Source of the DNA: a candidate division FCPU426 bacterium
GTDB lineage: Bacteria > Oederibacteriota > PGYV01 > Palsa-1178
DNA: 64,000 nt
Direction: 5' to 3'
NCBI GenBank assembly: GCA_963840035.1
Contig: CAWIXE010000001.1
Span: 46,675-110,674 of the forward strand
Shown: positions 1-10,877 of the stretch, piece by piece
Layout: each line of letters opens with the position of its first letter
How positions within the stretch are numbered: position 1 is the stretch's first letter
Notes under the pieces: generated by a model
Database searches by the model: none
Told to the model about the DNA's origin: nothing
Seen by the model: only the letters and a program-made list of their open reading frames with translations
Translations under genes and position numbers: made by a program

Positions 1-1338
1 TTCTGCCGCGGCTTTTACCTGTTCCCTGTTCGCGGATAATTCCAGTATAACCTGCGGCGCGCCTTTTGAAGTCTTAAACAGCCTGCCGTCCGGCGCCTTT
101 ACTTCGGCTTCCGTGCGTTTATGCACCGGGTCAAATGGAATGAAGCGCATGACCTGATAACCTTTTATCGCTTCAGCGTCTTTCAGGCCGCCCAGGACCG
201 CCAGGTCTATGGTGTCGTTATTTTCCGCGCGCGAAGCCAGCGCGGCGCTGAGTATTATTGACGCCTCATCTGCTTTATCAGGGCAGAACGGCTCCCCAAG
301 CGTCAGCTTATTCTGCGTCATGGTGCCGGTCTTATCCGTGCACAGCACATCCACCCCCGCCAGTTCCTCTATGGCAACGAGCCTGCTGACTATGGCATTT
401 TTCTTCGCGAGCAATTTCGCGCCGACGGCCATTGTCACGGAAAGCACCGTCGGCATGGCCACGGGTATGGCCGCAATGGTAAGCACAAGCGCAAATTGCA
501 GCGTGGACAGGATTTTATCGCCGCGTAAGACAGCGACAATTATGATGGCAGCCACAAGTATGCCGGCCACTATAATAAGGTAGTTGCCTATCCTTAAGAC
601 CGCGCGCTGGAAGTGGCTTACGGTGCGCGCTTCCTGCACAAGCTGGGCTGTCTTCCCGAAGTAAGTATTTGCGCCTGTGGCGTAAACCATGGCTTCAGTT
701 TCTCCCTGCCGGATTATGGACCCTGAAAAAACAGCCTCTCCCTGTTTTTTTTCCACAGGAAGCGATTCCCCCGTGAGCGCTGACTGGTCCGCTTCCATCG
801 GGTCGGCGCCCAATAGCCTGGCGTCAGCCGGAACTATATCGCCTATCCGGAGCCGTATGACGTCGCCCGGAACAAGTTCGCGCGCGTCAGGATTGATCCA
901 TGCGCCGCCGCGCTTCACCCTTGCCTTTACCGCAAGCTGCGCTTTTAATGCGGCGATCGCGTTCCCGGCCTGGTTTTCCTCCCAGAACCCCACAAACGCG
1001 TTCGCAAGCAGTAGGACAAAAATAATATAAAAATCCGGCCAGTGCCCGACCGCGGCCGACAGGATCACGGCTATCTCTATCATCCACGGGATTGGCCCCC
1101 AAAAATATGTGAGGAACTTTAAAAAAGCATTGACCTTCTTTTCCTCCAATTCATTGGGCCCGTACTGTTCCAGCCTTTTTTTAGCCTCTTCAGCGCTCAG
1201 CCCTCCCGGCGTCGATCCCAGCTTTGCCTGCAGTTCGGGCATGGGCATGGATTTTAAGACATCCTTTGCGCCCGTGTTGGTTTGCTGCTCAGGTCCGGGT
1301 TTTGCTCCGGGTTTATCTTCTTTTTCGTTCTTTTTCAT
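1..1338 (-). CDS. Plasma-membrane-type H+-efflux P-type ATPase (type IIIA), 3' part outside window
   Basis: Not in the ORF track; manual minus-strand translation gives GESLPV, AAIPVAMPTVLSVTMAVGA, DVLCTDKTGTMTQN, FIPFDPVHKRTEA and KGAPQVI; ATG at 1338 after GGAGGGG. Confidence 0.92.
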   Translation of the reverse strand, partial: MKKNEKEDKPGAKPGPEQQTNTGAKDVLKSMPMPELQAKLGSTPGGLSAEEAKKRLEQYGPNELEEKKVNAFLKFLTYFWGPIPWMIEIAVILSAAVGHWPDFYIIFVLLLANAFVGFWEENQAGNAIAALKAQLAVKARVKRGGAWINPDARELVPGDVIRLRIGDIVPADARLLGADPMEADQSALTGESLPVEKKQGEAVFSGSIIRQGETEAMVYATGANTYFGKTAQLVQEARTVSHFQRAVLRIGNYLIIVAGILVAAIIIVAVLRGDKILSTLQFALVLTIAAIPVAMPTVLSVTMAVGAKLLAKKNAIVSRLVAIEELAGVDVLCTDKTGTMTQNKLTLGEPFCPDKADEASIILSAALASRAENNDTIDLAVLGGLKDAEAIKGYQVMRFIPFDPVHKRTEAEVKAPDGRLFKTSKGAPQVILELSANREQVKAAAE

Positions 1339-1556
1339 GGTAAAACCCCTCCAATTTAGCTCATTATACCCCTGTCGCGTTATTTTTTCTTTTTAGACTT
1401 TATTATTACGATTAGGGCCGCTCCGAAGATGGTCATATACATATTCCACTGCACACCCATCCGTCGATCCACAAAGCCGGATTACCCAAACGGGTTTCAG
1501 TGTCATTCCCTCAAGCACCGCCCTTTGCAGATTGTATCAGTTTTTGAAACAATGAA

Positions 1557-2801
1557 TTATTTCACGCCTCTTTTTAGTGCTTCAACAATGTTTGTTTTAG
1601 CAGCCCTGTTTGACGGGAATATGGCTCCTATGGCCCCGGTAATCAGGCAGATCAACACGACCAGAATCCAGTCGGTATAAGTGTTCTTTCCCCGGAGAAC
1701 CGATTCCATGGGTATATTCATTTTTTCCGTTGTGGACGAGTCAAAATGTATCCCGTGTGTATTTAGAAAGAATGCAAGCGGTACGGCCGCGATGCCGCCG
1801 ATGACAGCTCCGGCAAAGGCAAGGATCAGCCCTTCGGAAAAAAACATCCACTTTATCTGTCCGGATTCCATTCCTATCGCGCGCAGGGTGCCGATCTCAG
1901 CCATACGTTCAAAAACAGTTATTGTCAGGGTGTTCATGATTATAAACACGGCGAGGAACAGCAGTATCCCGAAAATGACAGCGTAAGACGTGTAATCAGC
2001 CTGGGCTCCGGCGATCAAACCTGCCGCCTCCTGGGTCCAGTCCCTTACAACAAGGTCCGGATATTTTGCCGAAAGCACGGCCTCGATGCTTTTTTTCACT
2101 TCCGGTACAAACTGCCTGTCTTTTATACGCACAATTATTTCCGTAGCCGAGTCCCCCATGTCCAGAAAATCCTGGGCAAATTTAACGGGGATAAAGACAA
2201 CGCTTTTTTCCATGGAATCAAAGCCTATGTAATATATTCCCGTAAGTGAAACGTCAACTAGGTTATTTGCCTTGTATTTGGTCTGCGAGTATAGCAACAA
2301 GTCTGCGCCGGTTTTAAGTTCCATCATGGATGCCAATTTTTTTCCCATAAGCAGCTGGCCGCCGGAATTTTCCATTTTTTTTCCTTCTATCCTGTTAAAA
2401 TCCGTGGTTATTTTAAGCTCCCTTTCCATGTCAATCCCCATCATGATCACATCGATTTTATTTTTTCTATCGCTTAAAACCGCGTTTTTAACCAGCCGGG
2501 GCGAAGCTTCTATAAAATAGGGGATACTTTTCAAGTCATCTATTACCCTGTACGGGCTGTCTATGGACAAATTCAGCGGGAATTTGGATTTTTCCTTTAT
2601 ATAGTCCCTATGGTATATTTTAAAATGGCCGGTTTGAAGGTCTATTGTTTTTTCATACATGTTGTTGTACATGCCTTTTAGCAATCCGAGGAGCATTATC
2701 AAAGCTATGGCATTTATGGAAAACGTCATGGCGTTAAACAATGAACGCCTCTTGTGTTTTAAAATGCTGTTCAGGGCTATTTTAAATATCATATAATTCA
2801 T
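1557..2801 (-). CDS. ABC transporter permease, LolE/FtsX/MacB family
   Basis: N-terminal TM, large periplasmic domain, VFERMAEIGTLRAIGM motif, C-terminal TMs. Confidence 0.88.
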   Translation of the reverse strand: MNYMIFKIALNSILKHKRRSLFNAMTFSINAIALIMLLGLLKGMYNNMYEKTIDLQTGHFKIYHRDYIKEKSKFPLNLSIDSPYRVIDDLKSIPYFIEASPRLVKNAVLSDRKNKIDVIMMGIDMERELKITTDFNRIEGKKMENSGGQLLMGKKLASMMELKTGADLLLYSQTKYKANNLVDVSLTGIYYIGFDSMEKSVVFIPVKFAQDFLDMGDSATEIIVRIKDRQFVPEVKKSIEAVLSAKYPDLVVRDWTQEAAGLIAGAQADYTSYAVIFGILLFLAVFIIMNTLTITVFERMAEIGTLRAIGMESGQIKWMFFSEGLILAFAGAVIGGIAAVPLAFFLNTHGIHFDSSTTEKMNIPMESVLRGKNTYTDWILVVLICLITGAIGAIFPSNRAAKTNIVEALKRGVK

Positions 2802-4030
2802 TGTACTGACCTCAGAATGTCCACGGGCCGTTTGGTTACAGCGATTGACGCAGGGTAAAAGGAAGCCAGGATTGAGATCAATACTCCGGCAATGGCTGTG
2901 ATCGCCGTGCTTTCCGGAAGTATCGCCGTGCCTATCATGACATCCATCCCCTCAAAGCCCTTAAAAACATCCCCCATACTTTCATAACTGATGGGATGCA
3001 GCATAAAATACCAATTCAGCAAAAGTCCGGGTATCATCCCCAGGGCCGTGCCTATGATTCCAAGCAGGGCGGATTCAGCGACAATCATCATGAATAACTG
3101 CCGGCCGCTCACTCCCATGGCCCTTAAAACCCCAAACTCCGGGTACCTGCCCATTATGTTCATCAAAAATGAATTTATAATGCCAATGGCCGCAACCGTC
3201 ATTATGATAAGCGCAATAAAAAGAAGCGCAACATTCATCAGTCCCAGCATGCCTTCAAGGTATGCCTGCCCTTTCTGCCACGGTATAACGGCATAACCGG
3301 AAGTGTAAATTTTTTTTATCTCAGTCAAAACCGTTTCAATTTTAAATGGGTCCGCAGTATTTACCGCAATATCTGTTACGGCGTTGCCGAGTTCCAGCGC
3401 TTTTTGCGCTAAGGCAAGTGAACAGATGACAAGATTTTCATCTTCCTCGGGGTTTTTTGTGTGCATAAGCCCGACTATTCTGCCCTCTGCGGCATTGACG
3501 CCGCCGTACTTGTCCACGGTAAGGATTATTATTTTATCGCCGGTACCCGCGCCAAGAAGCTGCGCGGCCTTGTATCCGATCACTATTTCATCGTCTTTTT
3601 CAATAAATCTGCCGTTCTTGACGGATTTTATCCTCTTTTCATAGTTTACGCTTTTTTCGGTCAGGTCAATTCCCTTTACCAGAGCCTCATGATTGTCATA
3701 AATGCTGTTGGCGATCGCCCCGAAGTTTATTTCCGGCCTTACGCTCGTGACCCCTTCAATATTCTCAAGAGTCCTGAGTTTGTCCTGATCATATGGGATG
3801 GTATAATCCACCGGCGCAAAATCAAGGCTCTTGTAATATTTCTGGTTGTATATCTTTATATGCCCGGATTGTTGCAGCGCGTCTTTTATAAGCTTTACCT
3901 TAAATCCATCCATATACCCAGCCCCAAATTCCATAAAAAATACGCACACAATGACTACGGTCAATATTGTAATCGTGTTTTGCCTGTTCTTTATCAAATT
4001 GCCCCACGCAAGCTTTAAAAAGAAAAACAT
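2798..4030 (-). CDS. ABC transporter permease, LolE/FtsX/MacB family
   Basis: RYPEFGVLRAMG motif; same topology as and 4-nt overlap with neighbour. Confidence 0.88.
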   Translation of the reverse strand: MFFFLKLAWGNLIKNRQNTITILTVVIVCVFFMEFGAGYMDGFKVKLIKDALQQSGHIKIYNQKYYKSLDFAPVDYTIPYDQDKLRTLENIEGVTSVRPEINFGAIANSIYDNHEALVKGIDLTEKSVNYEKRIKSVKNGRFIEKDDEIVIGYKAAQLLGAGTGDKIIILTVDKYGGVNAAEGRIVGLMHTKNPEEDENLVICSLALAQKALELGNAVTDIAVNTADPFKIETVLTEIKKIYTSGYAVIPWQKGQAYLEGMLGLMNVALLFIALIIMTVAAIGIINSFLMNIMGRYPEFGVLRAMGVSGRQLFMMIVAESALLGIIGTALGMIPGLLLNWYFMLHPISYESMGDVFKGFEGMDVMIGTAILPESTAITAIAGVLISILASFYPASIAVTKRPVDILRSVQ

Positions 4031-4064
4031 TTGCCCTCCCTGACGGATTTAAATTTCTGATGTT

Positions 4065-6422
4065 TTACCATTTCCAATTCCGCACCTCGGGCATGTCCTG
4101 GCCGTGTTTGTCGACGTATTGTTTGTGTTCGGCCAGCTTGTCCTCCATCAGCCGCCTTAAACGGACCCCTTCTTCGCCCAGCTGTGGCAGCCATTTGACC
4201 GCGTCCAGTACCAGGTGGAACCGGTCCAGGCCGTTTAAAACCGTCATGTCAAAGTATGTGGTGATGGTGCCTTCTTCCTTATATCCGTGAACATGCATGT
4301 TGTTATGGTTGTTACGGCGGTAAGTCAGTCTATGTACCAGCGAAGGATATCCGTGGAACGCAAAGATAACAGGCTTGTCTTTGGTAAATAACGCGTCAAA
4401 CTCCTGCTCATTTAACCCGTGCGGATGCTGCGTGTTTGATTCGAGTTTCATCAGGTCAACAATATTCACTACGCGGATCTTTAATTCCGGCAGATTTTTG
4501 CGCAGTATGGAAACAGCTGCCAGATTTTCCAGCGTGGGCACGTCGCCGCAGCTGGCCATAACCACATCAGGCTCCCCGCCATGATCGTTGCTTGCCCATG
4601 GCCATACGCCGATCCCCTTGGTGCAGTGTTCTATCGCGGTATCCATGTCCAGCCATTGCGGCGCCTGGTATTTACCCGCTATCACGACATTGACGTAATT
4701 CCTGCTGCGCAGGCAATGATCCCCTACCGAAAGCAGGCAGTTGGCGTCCGGCGGAAGGTACACGCGCACTACTGACGCCTTTTTGTTTACAACATGGTCG
4801 ATAAAACCAGGGTCCTGGTGGGTAAAGCCATTATGCGCCTGCTGCCATACGTGTGATGCGAGCAGATAATTTAATGACGCTATCTTTTTCCGCCACGGCA
4901 GTTCCGAAGTAACCTTCAGCCACTTGGCATGCTGGTTAAACATTGAATCAATAATATGTATAAATGCCTCATAGCAATTGAACAGCCCGTGCCGGCCGGT
5001 TAGCAGATAACCTTCCAGCCAGCCCTCACACTGATGCTCGCTGAGCATTTCCATGACACGCCCCTCCGGCGCCTGGAACTCATCATCCGCCTGTATACGG
5101 CCTTCCCACTGCCTGTTGGTGACTTCAAAAACAGCGTTGAGCCGGTTTGATAGCGTCTCGTCAGGGCCAAAAACCCTGAAACTGCGCTCTTCCTGATTTT
5201 GCGAAGCCACATCACGCAGGAATTCCCCCAGCACATGCGCGTCCGAGGCCTCAACAGCTCCCGGCGAAGGCGCATCCACCGCGTATTTCCTGAAGTCAGG
5301 CATGTTCAAATCCTTCAGCAATAAACCGCCGTTGGCATGTGGATTGGCCCCCATGCGCCGGTTGCCGGCGGGCGCCAGTTCGGCCAGTTCGGGTTTAAGC
5401 CGCCCCTCATTATCAAACAGCTCCCACGGTTTATAACTTTTCATCCAGTCTTCAAGCAGTTTGAGATGTCCCGGGTGCTCTTCATCCACCAGCAAAGGTA
5501 TCTGATGCGCCCTGAAAGTGCCTTCTATCTGGAGGCCGTCAACTATTTTCGGCCCGGTCCAGCCTTTGGGCGATTTCAGGACAATCATGGGCCAGCGCGG
5601 CCGGGCGGCGTTTTTATTATTCCGCGCGTCCGCCTGGATTTTTCTTATATCTTCTATGGCCTTATCAAGCGTAGCAGCCATTAGCTGATGCATTTCTTCA
5701 GGTTTATCGCCTTCGACGAAGTAGGGCGTCCAGCCATATCCTCTGAGAAGCTGGTCCAATTCCTCAGGCTCGATGCGCGCGAGCACAGTCGGGTTGGCAA
5801 TCTTATAACCGTTCAGATGCAGGATAGGCAGCACCGCCCCGTCGGTAATCGGGTCAAGGAACTTATTGGAATGCCAGGCTGTCGCCAGAGGGCCGGTTTC
5901 GGCCTCTCCGTCGCCGACCACACAGGCAACTATAAGCCCGGGATTGTCAAAAGCCGCGCCAAAGGCGTGGCTGAGCGAATACCCCAGCTCGCCGCCTTCA
6001 TGTATCGACCCCGGCGTCGTCGGCGCGACATGGCTGGAAATACCGCCCGGAAAGGAAAACTGCTTGAACAGCTTTCTAAGGCCTTCTTCGTCCCGGGTTA
6101 CATCGGGATAAACTTCGCTCCAGGTCCCTTCGAGGTAAACATTGCCGACTATAGCCGGGCCGCCGTGCCCCGGGCCCGATATATAGAACATATCCAGGCC
6201 ATACTTTTTTATGACCCTGTTTAAATGCGCGTAAATAAAGTTCTGCCCCGGCGTGGTCCCCCAGTGGCCGAGCAGCATTGATTTTACATGCGAAAGTTTC
6301 AGGGGTTCCTTTAAAAGCGGATTGTCCCGGAGATAAAGCTGTCCCACTGAAATATAATTCGCGGCCCGCCAGTAGGCGTTTATTTTTTGAAGCAGACCGG
6401 GCTCCAGAGTTTTTGCATCCAT
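4065..6422 (-). CDS. xfp: Phosphoketolase (xylulose-5-P/fructose-6-P)
   Basis: [51 protein letters not shown] motifs; 785 aa. Confidence 0.97.
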   Translation of the reverse strand: MDAKTLEPGLLQKINAYWRAANYISVGQLYLRDNPLLKEPLKLSHVKSMLLGHWGTTPGQNFIYAHLNRVIKKYGLDMFYISGPGHGGPAIVGNVYLEGTWSEVYPDVTRDEEGLRKLFKQFSFPGGISSHVAPTTPGSIHEGGELGYSLSHAFGAAFDNPGLIVACVVGDGEAETGPLATAWHSNKFLDPITDGAVLPILHLNGYKIANPTVLARIEPEELDQLLRGYGWTPYFVEGDKPEEMHQLMAATLDKAIEDIRKIQADARNNKNAARPRWPMIVLKSPKGWTGPKIVDGLQIEGTFRAHQIPLLVDEEHPGHLKLLEDWMKSYKPWELFDNEGRLKPELAELAPAGNRRMGANPHANGGLLLKDLNMPDFRKYAVDAPSPGAVEASDAHVLGEFLRDVASQNQEERSFRVFGPDETLSNRLNAVFEVTNRQWEGRIQADDEFQAPEGRVMEMLSEHQCEGWLEGYLLTGRHGLFNCYEAFIHIIDSMFNQHAKWLKVTSELPWRKKIASLNYLLASHVWQQAHNGFTHQDPGFIDHVVNKKASVVRVYLPPDANCLLSVGDHCLRSRNYVNVVIAGKYQAPQWLDMDTAIEHCTKGIGVWPWASNDHGGEPDVVMASCGDVPTLENLAAVSILRKNLPELKIRVVNIVDLMKLESNTQHPHGLNEQEFDALFTKDKPVIFAFHGYPSLVHRLTYRRNNHNNMHVHGYKEEGTITTYFDMTVLNGLDRFHLVLDAVKWLPQLGEEGVRLRRLMEDKLAEHKQYVDKHGQDMPEVRNWKW

Positions 6423-6447
6423 GTTTAACTTCTCCTTTAACGTTTTT

Positions 6448-6775
6448 CTATCTGCAATTGTTTAATCCCAGTGAAACCAGTTTATCAAGCGTGGATCTGT
6501 AATCAGCATGAAGAATGCTGCGGATTCCCAGCCCTTCCGCGATTTTGACGAACATCGGCGTATTTTCAATATATAAAACCTCGTGAGCCGGCGTATGAAC
6601 AACATCCAGCGCAAGGCGGAATATATCCGCGTCAGGTTTGCGGATATGGACATAGCAGGATGAAATAAAACAATCCACAAATATGTCCAGCTTGAACTTT
6701 TTTATCCTGAACTCATTAATCTCGCGCGCTTCGTTGCTGACAACGACAATTTTCAGATTGAAGCGGCTTTTAACC
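6448..6775 (-). pseudogene. C-terminal half of a HAD-family phosphatase, N-terminus lost
   Basis: VVSNE, RKPDADIF and IENTPMFV match HAD motifs II-IV; no DxD motif I. Confidence 0.7.
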
Positions 6776-6955
6776 TGACCAGTAACCTTCCTTGTCTTTG
6801 ACAAGCAAAGCCGGGGTTTTGCCCCATTCATTGAAAGTCCCGGTAACATAAACTTTACCCGCGTGAGGCGCCCATACGCGAAAACATAGGCCTTCCGGCC
6901 CGAGCCTTGCTCCCATTTCCGGGCGCCTTATTTCCCCTTTGATTGACATAGTCAT
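6770..6955 (-). pseudogene. N-terminal CBM48 fragment of a glycogen branching/alpha-amylase-family enzyme
   Basis: MGARLGPEGLCFRVWAPHAGKVYVTGTFNEW...GYWSG, then a stop at 61 aa. Confidence 0.75.
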
Positions 6956-6975
6956 TTCTTGATTTTCCCTGCGCT

Positions 6976-7491
6976 TTAACTTTTTTCCTTCATCCTCTTC
7001 AGGATATCGCGGGCCGCGGCCTGCGCCAGGCCCGGGGCCGTACCTATATCAAGTACCTTTACAAGATTTGCAAGCAGGTCATTGTACCCTGCCTCTTTTT
7101 GTTTCAGGAAAACATGATGGGCCCCCTGCCGCAGAATTGCCGAGTCAGCGCCGTCTTTTACCAGCCTGCGCAGGATCGGAAGCCACGCGTCTTTTTTGAA
7201 TTTTGCCAGCCCTTCTGCCGCCATCCACGCTACTTCCTCGTTTCTGTCTGCAAGTACCTTTACCAGAGGTATTATCGCGCCTTTGTCAATTATTACAGAA
7301 AGCGCCTTTGCCGCTTCCCAGCGTACCTGCTCATCACGTGAATTGCGCAAAGCAAGCGCGAGATAAGGCACCGCGGCCCCTCCCATGCCGGCCAGGGTTT
7401 TCCTGGCCTTCTGGCGCTCCATGCCATCCTTGCTTTTAAGAACGTCAATCAGAGCTTCCATTTTTACCCTGTCCTTCTTTTGTTCTTTCAT
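6976..7491 (-). CDS. HEAT repeat protein
   Basis: DEQVRWEAAKAL and NEEVAWMAAEGL repeats. Confidence 0.85.
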   Translation of the reverse strand: MKEQKKDRVKMEALIDVLKSKDGMERQKARKTLAGMGGAAVPYLALALRNSRDEQVRWEAAKALSVIIDKGAIIPLVKVLADRNEEVAWMAAEGLAKFKKDAWLPILRRLVKDGADSAILRQGAHHVFLKQKEAGYNDLLANLVKVLDIGTAPGLAQAAARDILKRMKEKS

Positions 7492-9182
7492 GATTTTCCA
7501 CCTCTGTTTATTATTTTTCGTGAATTTGACCTTCCATGGCCTTCCGATATGGCCCTGTTGATTATTGCCTGGGCTTCATCCAGTATGGTTTTCAGATGTT
7601 CCCTGCCTTTGAAACTTTCCGCGTATATCTTATATATGTCCTCCGTGCCTGACGGACGTGCCGCGAACCATCCGCTTTCGGCTTCAACTTTTAATCCGCC
7701 GATTGCGGCGCCGTTCCCGGGCGCGCTTGTGATTATCTTTTTTATCTTTTCCCCGGCAAGGTCCGGAATATTTACCTGCTCCGGCCTGAGGCCTGCCAGC
7801 AGTTTTTTTTGTTCCGGCCCGGCCTTCGCCTCTACACGGTCATACCATGCCCCGCCAAACTCGCTGATTATCCCGCGGTATATTTCACCGGGGTCCCTGC
7901 CCGCGCGCGCCGTGATCTCCGCCGAGAGCAGCGCCGCTATTATGCCGTCCTTATCCGTGGTCCAAACTTTTCCGTCCATCCTGGCAAAAGACGCGCCCGC
8001 GCTTTCTTCCCCGCCGAACGCAAGTGACCCGTCATGCAGCCCGTCAACAAACCACTTAAACCCGACAGGCACCTCATACAGCCTTCTCCCCAGTTTTTTG
8101 GCAACGCGGTCTATCATGCCCGTGCTCACCACGGTTTTTCCGATCGCGGCTCCGCCTTCCCACCGGGGCCGGTTCCTGAAGAGATAATAAATGGCGGCTG
8201 TCAAATAATGGTTCGGAGACATCAGCCCGGCGCTGCGAGTGACTATGCCGTGGCGGTCATGGTCGGTATCGCAGGCAAAAGTTATTTTAAAACGGTTTTT
8301 CATTTTAATAAGCCCGTGCATGGCATATTCCGATGACGGGTCCATCCGTATCTGTCCGTCCCAGTCCAGCGGCATGAAACGGAAAGTCGGGTCCACCGCG
8401 TCATTTACCACCGTGAGGTTCAGCCCGTAGCGCTTTGCAATGGGCCCCCAATAATGAACACCTGCGCCTCCGAGCGGGTCGGCGCCGATGCTGATTTTTG
8501 CCCCTCTTATGGCTTCCATGTCAATTACATTTGTAAGATCGCCGATGTATGCGTCCAGATAGTCATGGCTGTGCGTTGTTCCCGCCTTCACGGCCCTTTC
8601 GAACGCCGTCCTTTTCAGCCCCAAAAACTTTTTTTCCATAATATAATTTGCCTTTGCCCCTATCCAGTCCGTTACGGCGGATTCCGCCGGCCCGCCGTTT
8701 GGTGTATTGTATTTGAACCCGCCGTCATGAGGCGGATTGTGTGACGGTGTTATTACGATTCCGTCGGCGAACCCTTTTTTTCGGCCGCGGTTATACGCAA
8801 GGATGGCGTGCGAAACGGCCGGGGTTGGTGTATATTCACCGCCCCGTGATGTCATAACCTCGATTTTATTCGCCGCCAAGACCTCAAGCGCGGAAGCAAA
8901 AGCAGGTACTGAAAGTGCGTGAGTATCCATTCCGATAAACAAAGGCCCGTCTATTTTATTTTTCTTCCTGTAAAGGCATATGCTCTGGGTAATGGCAAGG
9001 ATGTGATTTTCATTGAATGATTTTTTCAGGGATGACCCCCGGTGCCCGGACGTTCCGAAAAACACCCTTTGCCCCGTATCTGAAGGATCAGGCACTCCGG
9101 TATAATATGCCGCAACAAGCTCCGGCACATTGACAAGCATGGATGGTTCCGCGGGTTTTCCCGCAAGCGGGCTTATTTTCAT
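7488..9182 (-). CDS. pgm: Phosphoglucomutase (alpha-D-glucose-1,6-bisphosphate dependent)
   Basis: FGTSGHRGSS, ITPSHNPP, DTDHDRHG, GGEESAG, RPSGTE. Confidence 0.97.
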   Translation of the reverse strand: MKISPLAGKPAEPSMLVNVPELVAAYYTGVPDPSDTGQRVFFGTSGHRGSSLKKSFNENHILAITQSICLYRKKNKIDGPLFIGMDTHALSVPAFASALEVLAANKIEVMTSRGGEYTPTPAVSHAILAYNRGRKKGFADGIVITPSHNPPHDGGFKYNTPNGGPAESAVTDWIGAKANYIMEKKFLGLKRTAFERAVKAGTTHSHDYLDAYIGDLTNVIDMEAIRGAKISIGADPLGGAGVHYWGPIAKRYGLNLTVVNDAVDPTFRFMPLDWDGQIRMDPSSEYAMHGLIKMKNRFKITFACDTDHDRHGIVTRSAGLMSPNHYLTAAIYYLFRNRPRWEGGAAIGKTVVSTGMIDRVAKKLGRRLYEVPVGFKWFVDGLHDGSLAFGGEESAGASFARMDGKVWTTDKDGIIAALLSAEITARAGRDPGEIYRGIISEFGGAWYDRVEAKAGPEQKKLLAGLRPEQVNIPDLAGEKIKKIITSAPGNGAAIGGLKVEAESGWFAARPSGTEDIYKIYAESFKGREHLKTILDEAQAIINRAISEGHGRSNSRKIINRGGKS

Positions 9183-10315
9183 GGCCTGTCCTTTACATGC
9201 CCCGTTTTTCTTTGTTCAAGTATTTCCATTATCTTGTCATAAGGTTTGTTGAACTTTTCCACTCCTTCGTCCTCAAGCTGCTGCGTCAAGCTGTCAATGT
9301 TTATGCCCAACCCTGCCAGGCTTTCCAAAACCCGGCCGGCGTTTACTGTTCCCTGTTCAAGGCGCGGTTCAGGCCTGCCGTGGCTGCGGTATGCATTCAA
9401 AGTATTGACAGGAATTGTATTGATGGTTTCCGGCGCGATTAATGCTTCAACATACTTAATGTCGCTGTATTCAGGATTTTTTGTGCCGGTGCTTGCCCAG
9501 AGCACCCGCTGCGGCCTTGCCCCCTGCGCGGAAAGTTTTCCGAAATTTTCGCTCCCGAATATTTTCTTATAGTCCTGATATGCCATGACAGCGCTTGCTA
9601 TGGCGACCTTTCCGCGCGCCGCGGCCGCGGTCTCTGCCCGGTTTCCCTGAAGCGCCATTATCTTTTCCAGCATCGGGTCCACAAGGTTATCAATGCGGCT
9701 TAAAAAGAAACTCGCCACTGAAGCAATCCTGTTTACATTTTTTCCGCGCGCGAGGCGGTCTTCAATTCCCGCAATATATTCCCCGGCAACCTTCCTGTAT
9801 CTTGGAAGCCCGAAGAGCAGTGTCACATTAATATTGATGCCTTCGCCTGTCAGCTGCCTTATGGCCGGCAGGCCTTCTTCCGTGGCAGGCACCTTTATCA
9901 TGACATTTGGCCTGTCAAGCGCCGCCCAAAGCCTTCGCGCTTCCGCGATAGTCCCCTGCGTATCATGCGCCAGGTGGGGATTTACCTCGAGGCTAACATA
10001 TCCGTCATTTCCTCCAAGGCTGTCATATACCGGCCTGAATACGTCGGAGGCCATTTGTACGTCGCGCAGGCTGAAAGCGTCGTATATTTCCTTCGAGGCC
10101 ATGCCTTCCCGAGCCATTTTCTGTATGTCCTCGTCGTAGTCATTGCTGTCAGAGACAGCCTTTTCAAAAATCGCGGGGTTTGACGTCATTCCCTTAAGGC
10201 CGTCTTTTTCAATAAGCCGTTTGAGCTCGCCGCTCAAAATCAGGTCACGCCTGATATAATCCAGCCAGACCGACTGTCCGAGTGCGCCGATCATTTGTAG
10301 CGGGTTGTTTTCCAT
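9179..10315 (-). CDS. tal: Transaldolase (long type)
   Basis: GMTSNPAIF, GYVSLEV, NVMIKVPAT, RVLWASTGTKNP. Confidence 0.96.
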   Translation of the reverse strand: MENNPLQMIGALGQSVWLDYIRRDLILSGELKRLIEKDGLKGMTSNPAIFEKAVSDSNDYDEDIQKMAREGMASKEIYDAFSLRDVQMASDVFRPVYDSLGGNDGYVSLEVNPHLAHDTQGTIAEARRLWAALDRPNVMIKVPATEEGLPAIRQLTGEGININVTLLFGLPRYRKVAGEYIAGIEDRLARGKNVNRIASVASFFLSRIDNLVDPMLEKIMALQGNRAETAAAARGKVAIASAVMAYQDYKKIFGSENFGKLSAQGARPQRVLWASTGTKNPEYSDIKYVEALIAPETINTIPVNTLNAYRSHGRPEPRLEQGTVNAGRVLESLAGLGINIDSLTQQLEDEGVEKFNKPYDKIMEILEQRKTGHVKDRP

Positions 10316-10453
10316 TTTTCACTTTTCCTGCAGCCATTTTGGTTTTCCGGCCTTTTTTATCTTTGTACCCGTTGGGCAAAAGACATACTTGCAATCTTCT
10401 CATGCCGCCTGTTATTGTTCCCTGGAAAAACAATATACTTTTTCCGTTTTCTT

Positions 10454-10753
10454 CTAATTTTCCAGGGATTTTATCTCCGCTTCAAGGGAGTCGATCTTAG
10501 ATAAAAAAGCCAGCGCCGTCACGTCGGTTATTGTCCTCTGCTTTTCTTTTTCCATCTGATAAACCCTGGCGCCGAGCTCAGCCATGTTCTCATGGACGCT
10601 TTTCTTTAATTCGTGGATTTTTAGCTTTTTCTTGACGTCATCCGTCATCTCACCGGCCTTATCAGTTGCGGCCTTCGACCCCTGCTTTATTGCCTCTATC
10701 CCGCTTTTGATCCCATTTCCGACATCCTCTTTGAGTTTTCTCCAATCTATCAT
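10454..10753 (-). CDS. Hypothetical coiled-coil protein
   Basis: 99 aa Lys/Glu-rich ORF with GGAGG RBS. Confidence 0.7.
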   Translation of the reverse strand: MIDWRKLKEDVGNGIKSGIEAIKQGSKAATDKAGEMTDDVKKKLKIHELKKSVHENMAELGARVYQMEKEKQRTITDVTALAFLSKIDSLEAEIKSLEN

Positions 10754-10877
10754 AATTACACCTCCATTTTTTCCTGCATATTCAAAATCCTGTCTCCCTG
10801 GAACATGCAGTTGTTATCTTTAATCACTGTAAATGGCTGACATCCAAATCCGCCGCACAGCACAAATTAAATTCGCG

